A DNA stretch of 64,000 nucleotides from an uncultured Eubacteriales bacterium (GCA_964563505.1 CAZLXW010000008.1:14935-78934), one strand, 5' to 3'. Positions 27,438 to 37,237 are shown, numbered from the stretch's first letter. Program-made: numbers and translations. Notes: generated by a model from the sequence alone, not told the origin.

Positions 27438-28607
27438 ATGTTTACAGTTAAAACCTTAAATAAAATTGATGAACAAGGGTTAAATTTATTATCAGATCAA
27501 TATACTGTCATTGATGAAAAGACAGATGGAGATTATGACGGTATTGTTTTACGAAGTTTTAAACTTCATGATTATCCTATGTCAGAACAAGTTGCCGCCA
27601 TCGCAAGAGCCGGAGCAGGTGTAAACAATGTACCTATTGATGCATGTTCTGAACAAGGTATTGTTGTCTTTAATACACCAGGAGCTAATGCCAATGCAGT
27701 GAAAGAGTTAGCTCTAGCGGGTTTGCTGATGTCATCTAGAGATGTACCGGGGGCTATTGATTGGGCCAAAACCCTAAAAGGTCAATCCGATGTAGCAAAA
27801 AAAGTTGAATCAGGCAAAAGTAATTTTGCGGGTCCTGAGATTATGGGTAAGACATTAGGGATTATTGGACTTGGAGCAATTGGTGCATTGGTTGCAAATG
27901 CTGCAATTTCATTAGGAATGGATGTCTACGGTTATGATCCCTTTATCTCAGTGGATGCAGCGTGGGGCTTAAAGCGTGTTGTCAATAAAGCAAGCAGCCT
28001 TGATGAACTATTAGAAAAATCAGATTATATTAGTGTTCATGTACCTCTTATGGGAGAAACAAAGGGGATGGTTAACACCGATTTAATGTCTAAAATGAAA
28101 GACGGTGTACGTATCCTTAACTTTTCTAGAGGTGAATTAGTTGATGATGATGCCATTGAAACTGCTTTAAAATCCGGAAAAGTAAGTCGATATGTTACGG
28201 ATTTCCCGAATGAACGAACCATTGATATGGAAGGTGTTATTGCCATACCGCATTTAGGGGCATCAACACCGGAGTCTGAGACGAACTGTGCTAAGATGGC
28301 AGTTGCACAACTACAAGACTATTTAGATAATGGAAATATCTGTAATTCAGTTAATTATCCAAGCGTCGACTTAGGTATTTGTGGTTCGGCTGCAAGAGTG
28401 AGTGTACTACACAAGAATGTACCCAATATGGTCGGTCAAATTACATCAGTCCTAGCAAAGGCAAATTTGAACATTACAGATATGCTTAATAAAAGTAAAA
28501 ATGGAAATGCATATACCATGTTAGATTTAGAGGCAGCAGTAACGGCGGACGTCTTGTCTGAGCTTAAAGCAATTGATGGTGTGTTAAAAGTACGTGTCAT
28601 CAAATAG
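27438..28607 (+). CDS. serA: D-3-phosphoglycerate dehydrogenase with C-terminal ACT domain
   Basis: 2-hydroxyacid dehydrogenase NAD motif GIIGLGAIG, HLGAST, and an ACT-like C-terminus. ATG 27438 follows GGAGGA. Confidence 0.9.
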   Translation: MFTVKTLNKIDEQGLNLLSDQYTVIDEKTDGDYDGIVLRSFKLHDYPMSEQVAAIARAGAGVNNVPIDACSEQGIVVFNTPGANANAVKELALAGLLMSSRDVPGAIDWAKTLKGQSDVAKKVESGKSNFAGPEIMGKTLGIIGLGAIGALVANAAISLGMDVYGYDPFISVDAAWGLKRVVNKASSLDELLEKSDYISVHVPLMGETKGMVNTDLMSKMKDGVRILNFSRGELVDDDAIETALKSGKVSRYVTDFPNERTIDMEGVIAIPHLGASTPESETNCAKMAVAQLQDYLDNGNICNSVNYPSVDLGICGSAARVSVLHKNVPNMVGQITSVLAKANLNITDMLNKSKNGNAYTMLDLEAAVTADVLSELKAIDGVLKVRVIK

Positions 28608-28616
28608 GAGGACAAA

Positions 28617-29843
28617 ATGGCTACAATTAAACCTTTTAAGGCATTGCGACCGGCAAAAAAATTAGCTCAACAGATTGCTGCATTACCTTATGATGTCTAT
28701 AATCGTCAAGAAGCCAAGGATATTGTGACAAAAAATCCATTGTCTTTTCTTCAAATCGACCGTGGTGAGACATTACTTGGTAATCAAATTGGTCTATACG
28801 ATGATCAAGTTTATGAAATGGCAAAGGCGCGCTTTAATCAAATGATTGATGAAAAGCAATTCATTCAAGACGAAACCGAAGCTTTGTATATCTATGAATT
28901 AGAACGATTAGGAAAAATTCAACGTGGTATTGTTGGATGTGTATTGGCTAAAGAGTATATATCCGGTACTATTAAAAAACATGAAAATACACGTGAAGTT
29001 AAGGAAGATGATCGTATACGACATATTGATGCACTAAAAGCACATACTGGACCGATTTTTTTGACCTACAAGAACACAAAAAATATGCAAGAAGTTTTTG
29101 AAGAGGTGCTTGCTAGGGCTAAGGTGATTTTTGAATTTACCGGTGATGATGAGGTTCGACACAAAGGCTATGTTATTAAAAATATAAAGGATATAGAAAA
29201 GATACAAGAAAAAGTTCAAAAAATGAACGGTTTATATATTGCCGATGGACATCATCGTGCAGCTTCTGCTGCAAAGATAGCTCAGAAGTATCATTTTGAA
29301 GGTGAATCCGCTGAATTTTTAGCAGTGGCTTTTCCGGATTCTGAATTAGAGATTTTAGATTATAATCGTGTAGTTAAGGATTTGAACAACTTATCTAAAG
29401 AAGAATTCTTTGAGCGATTAGAAACAAACTTTACCATTCTTTCAAAGTCGAAGGAGCCTTTTGCGCCTAAAGATAAAGGGACCTTTGGTATGTATTTTGA
29501 CCATACATGGTATGGTTTGGTTTTTAATGGTGTTGAAAGTCTCGGAGATGATCCGGTAAGACGTTTAGATGTTGCCATATTACAAGAGTTTCTATTGCAA
29601 CCAATTTTAGGAATAGAAGATCCAAGAACGAGTGAACGGATTGATTTTGTAGGAGGCATTCGCGGTCTTGGTGAACTTGAAAAACGTGTTCATGAGGATA
29701 TGGCTATTGCTTTCGCGATGAAAGCAACATCAATTCAGGAATTGATTGATGTATCCGATGCGAATCGATTAATGCCACCCAAATCTACATGGTTTGAACC
29801 CAAGCTCAGAAGTGGTTTGTTTATACATCAAATTGACAAATAA
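28617..29843 (+). CDS. DUF1015-family protein
   Basis: N-terminus MATIKPFKALRP...ALPYDVY and ADGHHR match the DUF1015 family signature. It starts 9 nt after serA, with RBS AGGAGGA. Confidence 0.8.
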   Translation: MATIKPFKALRPAKKLAQQIAALPYDVYNRQEAKDIVTKNPLSFLQIDRGETLLGNQIGLYDDQVYEMAKARFNQMIDEKQFIQDETEALYIYELERLGKIQRGIVGCVLAKEYISGTIKKHENTREVKEDDRIRHIDALKAHTGPIFLTYKNTKNMQEVFEEVLARAKVIFEFTGDDEVRHKGYVIKNIKDIEKIQEKVQKMNGLYIADGHHRAASAAKIAQKYHFEGESAEFLAVAFPDSELEILDYNRVVKDLNNLSKEEFFERLETNFTILSKSKEPFAPKDKGTFGMYFDHTWYGLVFNGVESLGDDPVRRLDVAILQEFLLQPILGIEDPRTSERIDFVGGIRGLGELEKRVHEDMAIAFAMKATSIQELIDVSDANRLMPPKSTWFEPKLRSGLFIHQIDK

Positions 29844-29845
29844 AC

Positions 29846-29880
29846 AAAATCTCAGGTCATAAAACCTGAGATTTTGTTTT
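29846..29880 (+). terminator. Rho-independent terminator after the DUF1015 gene
   Basis: AAAATCTCAGG-tcataaaa-CCTGAGATTTT, then GTTTT. Confidence 0.88.
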
Positions 29881-29982
29881 GGTTAAGATACTGAAAAATA
29901 ATAGGATTTTAATAGATAGACCTTAAGAGTATGATATAATGAACAAAGCATAAAAAGCATATAAATAAAGGAGGAAAAAAGA

Positions 29983-31008
29983 ATGAGTCAACAATTTTAC
30001 AATAAAGATGATGACAATGTTGTCGATATTGATATGAAAGCAATGCGTAAGAAAATTTTTACATTTGGACCGATTATTATTATTGTACTTATAATCGCAT
30101 TCGTTTTGTTAAATAGTATATATATGCTAGAAAACAGAGAGAATGCAGTTGTATTACGATTTGGTCGAGTCAATGAAGTGGTAACCGATCCAGGATTACA
30201 TTTTAAAGTACCGCTAATAGATCAAGTGGCGAAGGTGGATGTCCGTTCCATTTCTAATATGGAGTACGGATTTAGAACTGAAACACCTGGTACAGAAACA
30301 CAGGTGGCCGGATATTCTGAACACGAGGCAGAGGCACGTATTATTGTAGATGGAGCCAATAATAATGCTTCTATTGCCTTAATTGAGTTAATTATTCAGT
30401 ATCGTGTAAGTAACCCGGTGGATTATTTATTTAAGGTGGATGATCCGGAAGGGACATTACGGCTTGCTCTTGAAGATGTTATTCGTTCAAGTGTTCAGTC
30501 ATTCACTTTAGATGAAGCAAAAACACAAAAAGAACTCATCGATGCATCTGTGCTTCCTAAATTACAGCAAAAAATGATTGAGTATGAGTCTGGACTTGAA
30601 ATTATTCTTGTAGGTACTCAAAATGTTCAGTTTTTAGAAAATGTAGAAGCGGCATATCAACAAAAGGAAAATGCGAATCAGTATAAAAACGGTAAACGTG
30701 AGGATGCGGAAAAATATAATAATACGGTTATTCCACAAGCGCAAGCAGAAGCAACGAAGCTTGTCGAAGATGCATATGCCTATCGGGCAGAAGTTGTTGC
30801 AGGTGCCAATGCAGGAGTGGCTGAATTTAATGCCTTGTATCGGGAGTATATAAATAATCCGGACATATTAAAAGAACGTTATTATATTGATTCGATGACG
30901 GCTTTTTTAAGTAATAATAAAATTGTTGTTGATGGCACGGCTGAGGGCGAAATCTATAAATTTTACAACTTTGATGATGCCGCAATTAAACAGTCGGTGA
31001 CCAATTAG
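29983..31008 (+). CDS. hflK: SPFH/band-7 protein, HflK-like FtsH modulator
   Basis: N-terminal TM segment and an SPFH domain (AVVLRFGR...GLHFKVPLID). It is paired with an HflC-like gene. Confidence 0.8.
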   Translation: MSQQFYNKDDDNVVDIDMKAMRKKIFTFGPIIIIVLIIAFVLLNSIYMLENRENAVVLRFGRVNEVVTDPGLHFKVPLIDQVAKVDVRSISNMEYGFRTETPGTETQVAGYSEHEAEARIIVDGANNNASIALIELIIQYRVSNPVDYLFKVDDPEGTLRLALEDVIRSSVQSFTLDEAKTQKELIDASVLPKLQQKMIEYESGLEIILVGTQNVQFLENVEAAYQQKENANQYKNGKREDAEKYNNTVIPQAQAEATKLVEDAYAYRAEVVAGANAGVAEFNALYREYINNPDILKERYYIDSMTAFLSNNKIVVDGTAEGEIYKFYNFDDAAIKQSVTN

Positions 31009-31022
31009 AAAGGAGGAAAAAT

Positions 31023-32006
31023 ATGAAACGTATAGCAGGAATTGTTTTCGCTGTAGTTATTGTTCTAGGGCTATTTGCCTTGGTCAATTCATTATATATT
31101 GTGCGTGAAGATGAAGTAGCCATTGTTAAGACATTTGGAAAAATTAATAATGTCATTATTGCTTTTGATGATGCAGAGGATGTTAATAATAACTTGAAAC
31201 GTAATAACTATCCAAATATTCGTGTCATTACGGAAAAAGGATTACATTTTAAACGACCTTTTATTGATACTGTGGAACGTTATTCAGCAAAATATTTAAC
31301 TTATACGTCCAATACAGAGTTAATAAACACCAATGATGAACGACGTATTGAGATTGAAATGTATGCCCAATATCGGGTTCTTGATCCGGTTGTATTTGGA
31401 TTAGCGGTGGGAAATAAAGTCGAAGCGAATAAGCGTATGGACGAATATGTTTATAAAACAGTTATTAATTCAGCCAATACACTGAAGTTTGATGAATTCT
31501 TTTATCAAAATACATTATCCGAATTATTGGATTCGAAAAAAGATGCATTAAATGAACAATTGGTGGCAGAGTATGGGCTGTTTGTAACGGACATTGGTAT
31601 TAATCGGAAGAATTTCCCACAATCTAATGTGTCCAATATTGAAGAAAAGATGGCAAAAGAAATTGAAAAAGAATCGGAAAAATTGATTGCTGAAGGTGAT
31701 AGTGAATATATTAAAGCCCAATCAATAACCGATCGTCAACGTGCTGAGATTGTAAGTAAAGCAGTTGAAAATGCTGCCATAATAAAAGCAGATGCGGATG
31801 CAGAATCTATTCGTATTTATCAAGAATCTTTACAAAAAGATTTAGAATTTTTCCAATTTATTAAACGTATGGAGATATACGAGAACATTCAAGGCAGCAC
31901 AATTTTCTTGGACAATGACAATGCCATTTTTAATTTTATTGGTGGATATCCAGCTGGAATGCAGCCGGTGGTATCAGATGTTGAAGAATTAGAAACAATT
32001 GAATAA
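31023..32006 (+). CDS. hflC: SPFH/band-7 protein, HflC-like
   Basis: N-terminal TM segment and an SPFH domain (VREDEVAIVKTFGK...GLHFKRPFID), with a coiled C-terminal region. Confidence 0.8.
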   Translation: MKRIAGIVFAVVIVLGLFALVNSLYIVREDEVAIVKTFGKINNVIIAFDDAEDVNNNLKRNNYPNIRVITEKGLHFKRPFIDTVERYSAKYLTYTSNTELINTNDERRIEIEMYAQYRVLDPVVFGLAVGNKVEANKRMDEYVYKTVINSANTLKFDEFFYQNTLSELLDSKKDALNEQLVAEYGLFVTDIGINRKNFPQSNVSNIEEKMAKEIEKESEKLIAEGDSEYIKAQSITDRQRAEIVSKAVENAAIIKADADAESIRIYQESLQKDLEFFQFIKRMEIYENIQGSTIFLDNDNAIFNFIGGYPAGMQPVVSDVEELETIE

Positions 32007-32031
32007 GTAGGAATTTCCTATAGCAGCAAAT

Positions 32032-32070
32032 AAAAAGATGCTTTTAATAATTATTAAAAGCATCTTTTTT
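32032..32070 (+). terminator. Rho-independent terminator after hflC
   Basis: Perfect palindrome AAAAAGATGCTTTTAATAA/TTATTAAAAGCATCTTTTT with a T-tract. Confidence 0.85.
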
Positions 32071-32155
32071 AGTTCTTCATTGCTATTTTATAAAATTAGG
32101 GATAAAATATATATTAGATAATTATTTAACTTGATTTGACCTAAGGAGGGGCATT

Positions 32156-34342
32156 ATGAAATCATACATAAATTCAGAAGAATTATATAGTATAACTGAA
32201 TCAACCCATCAAAATCCGCATCATTTTCTAGGAATGCATGAATTACCGGACCACAGTATATATATCAATGCTTATCAACCATATACAAAAAAAATTGAAG
32301 TGATTGAGTTAGATACAAATGACATATATCCGATGGTTTCTGTTGAAAATACGGGGGTATTTACATTAGAACTTAAGAAAAAAATTAATTACAAATTTAA
32401 ATACACCAATTTTGAAGGTGTCAGTTGGGAAAATTATGATCCATATTCATTTGAACCAACGATTTCAGAGCTTGACATGTATTTATTCGGTCAAGGAACT
32501 CACTATGAGATATATAATAAACTCGGCGCCCATAAAGTTACGGTCGATGGAATAGAAGGTGTTTCATTTGCGGTTTGGGCACCCAATGCTTCCAGGGTGA
32601 GTGTAATTGGTCATTTTTGTGGCTGGGATGGCAGAATTTATCCCATGCGTTTACTGGGTAATTCGGGAATTTACGAACTTTTTATTCCGGGACTGAAGGC
32701 AGAAGAAATATATAAATTTGAAATAAAATCTCGCGAAGGTATGATCTTAGAAAAGTCGGACCCATATGCTTCATATGCCGAAATGCGACCGGGAACCGCA
32801 TCTATTGTTTGGGATACGTCTTCCTATGAATGGCAAGATTCTGCTTGGCAAAGTCAACAAGTGAAAAATGACACACTAAAAAAACCAATGGCAATATATG
32901 AACTACATTTAGGCTCATGGAAGCGAAATGATAGTGAGCATGGATTTATAAACTATCGAGATTTAGCCCACGACCTCGTTGATTATCTAGAAGAAATGAA
33001 CTATACCCATATTGAATTAATGCCTGTGTTAGAACATCCATTTGATGGTTCATGGGGATATCAAGTCACTGGATATTATGCCCCAACATCACGTTTTGGA
33101 ACTCCAGATGATTTTATGTACTTTGTCGATTACTTACATCAACATAATATCGGCGTTTTATTAGATTGGGTTCCTGCTCATTTTCCCAAGGATTCCCATG
33201 GCTTACGACGTTTTGATGGTTCGGCCCTTTATGAGCATGATGATGCGCGTAAAGGTGAACACCCACATTGGGGAACGATGATTTTTAACTATGGACGTAG
33301 TGAAGTCAAGAACTTTTTAATAGGAAACGCTTTGTTTTGGGTTGAAAAGTATCATATTGATGGTCTTCGTGTTGATGCAGTTGCATCCATGCTTTATTTA
33401 GACTATGGAAAAGAAGCAGGTCAGTGGATTCCCAATCCTCATGGTGGACGGGAAAATATTGAGGCGGTCGAGTTTTTCAAACATATGAATTCAGTGATAT
33501 ATGGCCGTAATCCAGGTGTTATAATGATTGCGGAAGAATCAACAGCTTGGCCAGGCGTATCTCGTCCGACCAATATAGGTGGACTAGGATTTGGATTAAA
33601 ATGGAATATGGGATGGATGAACGATTTTTTGCGATATGCATCTAAAGATCCAATTCATAAACAATACCATCATAATGATTTAACCTTTAGTTTAGTTTAT
33701 GCATTTACTGAAAATTTTATACTTGTTTTGTCACATGATGAAGTTGTTCATGGTAAAGGTTCCATGATCAATAAGATGCCTGGAGATTATTGGCAAAAAT
33801 TTGCAAATTTACGATGCTCTTATGGATTTATGTACGGTCATCCTGGTAAAAAATTATTGTTTATGGGATGTGATTTTGCTCAATTCGATGAGTGGAGTGA
33901 AGCAAAAAGTTTAGACTGGAACCTTTTAGAATTTGATAAACATCGTGAAATGAAAACATTTGTCTCTGATTTAAATAAAACATATCGTGATGAAAAAGCG
34001 CTTTGGGAAGATGACTTTACCAATCGAGGATTTGAATGGATTAATTGCACAGATGCCTTAGAAAGTATCGTATCCTTTGTACGAAAAGATGAAAAAGATG
34101 AAGAGCATATCATAGTGGTTAGTAATTTTACACCGGTTCCTAAATATATGCATCGTATTGGCGTTCCGCGTGCAGGCTCTTATCAAGAAATACTTAATTC
34201 GGATCATCAAAAATATGGAGGAAGTGGCGTGCTAAATGAAGGTGTTTTGAAGACGCAGTCAATTGCTTGGGATCATAAGCCAAACTGTCTAGATATTAAA
34301 GTGCCACCACTTGGAACGATTTTCTTGAAGTATATTAAGTAA
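32156..34342 (+). CDS. glgB: 1,4-alpha-glucan branching enzyme
   Basis: 728 aa. GH13 motifs GVLLDWVPAHF, GLRVDAVASM, IAEEST and SHDEVVHGK. Confidence 0.95.
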   Translation: MKSYINSEELYSITESTHQNPHHFLGMHELPDHSIYINAYQPYTKKIEVIELDTNDIYPMVSVENTGVFTLELKKKINYKFKYTNFEGVSWENYDPYSFEPTISELDMYLFGQGTHYEIYNKLGAHKVTVDGIEGVSFAVWAPNASRVSVIGHFCGWDGRIYPMRLLGNSGIYELFIPGLKAEEIYKFEIKSREGMILEKSDPYASYAEMRPGTASIVWDTSSYEWQDSAWQSQQVKNDTLKKPMAIYELHLGSWKRNDSEHGFINYRDLAHDLVDYLEEMNYTHIELMPVLEHPFDGSWGYQVTGYYAPTSRFGTPDDFMYFVDYLHQHNIGVLLDWVPAHFPKDSHGLRRFDGSALYEHDDARKGEHPHWGTMIFNYGRSEVKNFLIGNALFWVEKYHIDGLRVDAVASMLYLDYGKEAGQWIPNPHGGRENIEAVEFFKHMNSVIYGRNPGVIMIAEESTAWPGVSRPTNIGGLGFGLKWNMGWMNDFLRYASKDPIHKQYHHNDLTFSLVYAFTENFILVLSHDEVVHGKGSMINKMPGDYWQKFANLRCSYGFMYGHPGKKLLFMGCDFAQFDEWSEAKSLDWNLLEFDKHREMKTFVSDLNKTYRDEKALWEDDFTNRGFEWINCTDALESIVSFVRKDEKDEEHIIVVSNFTPVPKYMHRIGVPRAGSYQEILNSDHQKYGGSGVLNEGVLKTQSIAWDHKPNCLDIKVPPLGTIFLKYIK

Positions 34343-34353
34343 GAAGAATATTC

Positions 34354-34414
34354 ATAGCATAAAAAAAGAGCAATCACATCGATAATTAATGTGTTGCTCT
34401 TTTTTTTATGCTAT
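34354..34414. terminator. Long bidirectional terminator between glgB (+) and argH (-)
   Basis: ATAGCATAAAAAAAGAGCAA ... TTGCTCTTTTTTTTATGCTAT (about 20 bp with one bulge) flanked by A- and T-tracts. The right arm overlaps the argH stop codon. Confidence 0.8.
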
Positions 34415-35794
34415 AGTTGCATTTTTTTCTAAATAGGCTTTAGCAAGTTGGTTGACGGTTTCCATTTGCTCTTTGGCCGGTCCACCAATGACTTGTCGTT
34501 TATTGACACATGTATCTAGAGAAATTGCTTCAAAAACATCTTCAGTAAAGAGGGGTGAAAGTTTTTGATACTCATCAAGTGAAAGCTCGCTTAGATTAGT
34601 GTTATTGTTCACACAATACAAAACTAATTTTCCTAGAACTTCGTGGGCATCTCTAAAAGGCAATCCTTTTTTTACAAGATAATCAGCAGCATCTGTTGCA
34701 TTAGTAAAACCACCTTCAGCACCTGATCGCATAACTTCTTTGCGGACAGTCATGGTGTCGAGTAATTTTGTAAAAATAGGTATACACATTTTAAGAGTAT
34801 CAATTGCGTCAAAAGTTACTTCTTTGTCTTCCTGTGTATCTTTATTATAAGCAAGAGGGAGCCCTTTCATTGTTGTTAATAAAGACATTAAATCCCCATA
34901 TACACGACCGGTCTTTCCGCGAATAAGCTCTGGAATATCTGGGTTTTTCTTTTGTGGCATGATTGAACTTCCAGTACTATAGGCATCATCCAAATCAATA
35001 AATCGAAATTCGTGTGAGCACCAAAGGATGATTTCTTCTGAAAAACGCGACAGATGCATCATAATCATGGAGAGCGTATACAAGACATCTAATAAGAAAT
35101 CTCGATCACTAACGGCATCCATACTGTTTAAACATATCGCGTCAAAACCAAGGAGTTGGGCAGTCATCTCTCGATTCAGTGGATAGGTTGTTGTAGCAAA
35201 GGCACCGGCGCCAAGTGGCGATTGGTTCATTCGATGATAAGTTGTTATCAATCGGTCACGGTCTCGTTTAAACATCTCGAAATATGCCATTAGATGATGG
35301 CTAAATGTTGTGGGTTGGGCCTTTTGAAGATGGGTATAACCCGGCATAATGGTTTCTGTATGTTGACCGGATAATTTTAAAATAGTTGCTAAGAGTTCAA
35401 AAACATCTTGATCAATGGCTACGATTTCTTTTTTTATGTAAAGGCGCATGTCTGTAGCCACTTGATCGTTACGACTACGTCCGGTATGCATCTTTTTAGC
35501 CACTTCACCAATACGTTGAATAAGTAAAGACTCGATATTCATGTGAATATCTTCGGCACTAATATCAAAGGTTACTTCATTTTGTTCTATGGCAACTTCT
35601 AGATCTTTGAGACCAGATATAATCATATCGCGTTCATTGTTTGTGAGAATATCCGCAGTAGCAAGCATTGTAACGTGAGCGATACTACCTTCAATATCTT
35701 CTTTATACAATCGTTGGTCAAAGCGTATTGATGAATTAAAATCATCAACAATCACATCGGTATTTTTGGAGAAACGTCCTCCCCATAATTTCAT
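34406..35794 (-). CDS. argH: Argininosuccinate lyase
   Basis: MKLWGGRF..., GYTHLQKAQP and the fumarate-lyase signature GSSIMPQKKNPD. Confidence 0.96.
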   Translation of the reverse strand: MKLWGGRFSKNTDVIVDDFNSSIRFDQRLYKEDIEGSIAHVTMLATADILTNNERDMIISGLKDLEVAIEQNEVTFDISAEDIHMNIESLLIQRIGEVAKKMHTGRSRNDQVATDMRLYIKKEIVAIDQDVFELLATILKLSGQHTETIMPGYTHLQKAQPTTFSHHLMAYFEMFKRDRDRLITTYHRMNQSPLGAGAFATTTYPLNREMTAQLLGFDAICLNSMDAVSDRDFLLDVLYTLSMIMMHLSRFSEEIILWCSHEFRFIDLDDAYSTGSSIMPQKKNPDIPELIRGKTGRVYGDLMSLLTTMKGLPLAYNKDTQEDKEVTFDAIDTLKMCIPIFTKLLDTMTVRKEVMRSGAEGGFTNATDAADYLVKKGLPFRDAHEVLGKLVLYCVNNNTNLSELSLDEYQKLSPLFTEDVFEAISLDTCVNKRQVIGGPAKEQMETVNQLAKAYLEKNATIA

Positions 35795-35803
35795 AATGTC
35801 ACC

Positions 35804-37018
35804 TCAATTATTTTTTTCGTTTAGTTGTTTCATCATTGCACGAACCTTAAGTGGTAAGCCGAAGAGATTTATAAAGCCTTCAGCATCGTGATGATCATAA
35901 AGATCACCGGTTGTAAAGCTAGCAATGTCTTCATTATATAATGAATATGGACTTGTCGCTCCTGCCGGAATAATATTTCCTTTGTAAAGTTTTAATTTAA
36001 CCTGACCGGTTACAGTTTTTTGTGTGTCTGTAACAAAAGCTGTCAAAGCTTCGCGGAGAGGTGTATACCATTCGCCCGAGTAGACAAGTTCAGCAAATTT
36101 AATAGCCATTTGGTTTTTATATGCAATGGTTTGTTTATCTAAACATAAGTATTCAAGTTCATTGTGTGCATAGTAAAGTATAGTTCCACCGGGTGTTTCA
36201 TATACACCACGTGATTTCATACCAACAACACGGTTTTCAACAATGTCGATGAGACCAACGCCGTTTGCACCACCGATTTCATTTAGTTTCTCAATCATGG
36301 TAGAAGCCTTCATGGATTCACCGTTTAATTTTTTTGGAACGCCTTGCTCAAAATCAATGGTTAGATAAGTTGCCTTATCTGGAGCTTGCTCAGGTGTGAC
36401 CCCCATTTGCAATAACTCAGTATAGTTTGGCTCATTTGCAGGATCTTCAAGATCAAGACCTTCATGGCTTAAGTGCCATAAGTTACGGTCACGACTGTAA
36501 CTATCTTTTTTCTTCATTGGCGCTTCAATATTACGTTCTTCGAGATAAGCTAAAGCGTCTTCGCGTGATTTTATATCCCAAATTCTCCATGGGGCAATAA
36601 TTTTTAGTTGAGGTGCAAGTGCTTTTATAGTAAGTTCAAAACGGACTTGATCATTACCTTTTCCGGTAGCACCGTGACAGATAGCTTCAGCACCTTCCTC
36701 TAGAGCAATTTCAACAAGACGCTTAGCGATAACTGGTCTTGCCATAGACGTTCCTAATAAATACTTTCCTTCATAAATCGCATTTGCCTGTACAGTTGGA
36801 ACCACAATGTCATCGACAAATTCATCAGTTACATCTTCGATATATAGTTTCGAAGCGCCTGTTTTTAGGGCGCGTTCTTCTAAGCCTTCAATTTCTTTTC
36901 CTTGGCCCACATCAATACATACTGCAATAACTTCATAATCATAGTTTTCTTTTAACCAAGGGATAATTACTGTAGTGTCTAATCCTCCGGAATATGCTAA
37001 TACAACTTTTTTACTCAT
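35804..37018 (-). CDS. argG: Argininosuccinate synthase
   Basis: [27 protein letters not shown]. 404 aa. Confidence 0.96.
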   Translation of the reverse strand: MSKKVVLAYSGGLDTTVIIPWLKENYDYEVIAVCIDVGQGKEIEGLEERALKTGASKLYIEDVTDEFVDDIVVPTVQANAIYEGKYLLGTSMARPVIAKRLVEIALEEGAEAICHGATGKGNDQVRFELTIKALAPQLKIIAPWRIWDIKSREDALAYLEERNIEAPMKKKDSYSRDRNLWHLSHEGLDLEDPANEPNYTELLQMGVTPEQAPDKATYLTIDFEQGVPKKLNGESMKASTMIEKLNEIGGANGVGLIDIVENRVVGMKSRGVYETPGGTILYYAHNELEYLCLDKQTIAYKNQMAIKFAELVYSGEWYTPLREALTAFVTDTQKTVTGQVKLKLYKGNIIPAGATSPYSLYNEDIASFTTGDLYDHHDAEGFINLFGLPLKVRAMMKQLNEKNN

Positions 37019-37045
37019 TTTAAATGCCTCCTTATTTCTTTGTTT

Positions 37046-37080
37046 TGATTAATTATACATTAATATTAATAAATATGCAA
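37046..37080 (-). promoter_or_regulatory. argG promoter (TTGCAT-17-TATAAT) overlapped by tandem ARG-box-like sites
   Basis: The minus strand reads TTGCATATTTATTAATATTAATGTATAATTAATCA. The cores TGCATATTTATTAA and TGTATAATTAATCA match TGAATAATTATTCA at 11/14 and 12/14 positions, with centres 20 bp apart. Confidence 0.6.
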
Positions 37081-37092
37081 ATTGTTTTTGCA

Positions 37093-37237
37093 TTTTGGTG
37101 ACAGAGTCACTTTATCCTTTGCTCTAGGAAAGTCCTAATTTAGCTTTCTGCTTTGAAGCATAGCAGAAAGCGTCAAGGAGCTTTCCCGCCGCGAGTAATC
37201 CGCGGAGCGGAACGAGGCGTAGCCTCTTTACTCCTTA
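37093..37237. other. GC-rich multi-hairpin non-coding island (candidate structured RNA or relic element)
   Basis: Four hairpins: 37098-37110; a nested 37126-37186 stem containing a perfect 10-bp stem at 37143-37171; 37189-37205; and 37214-37226. There is no ORF. See finding. Confidence 0.35.

Noticed and set aside
37166-37177. The 12-mer CTTGACGCTTTC (minus strand here) is shared with the DMT promoter at 10482-10493. I considered a repeated regulatory element.
   Set aside because: Single 12-nt matches are expected by chance many times in 64 kb on two strands, the flanks do not align, and no -10 follows here.
37093-37237. Assigning the GC-rich island to a known RNA class (tRNA, SRP/4.5S RNA, ykkC/guanidine riboswitches, ZTP, fluoride, or 16S rRNA fragment).
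   Set aside because: None of the conserved cores fits: no cloverleaf, no SRP GGAA/AGCA domain IV, no ACGR loops, no ZTP or crcB motifs. ACGAGG resembles part of guanidine-III, but the rest does not fit. It is kept only as an unclassified finding.
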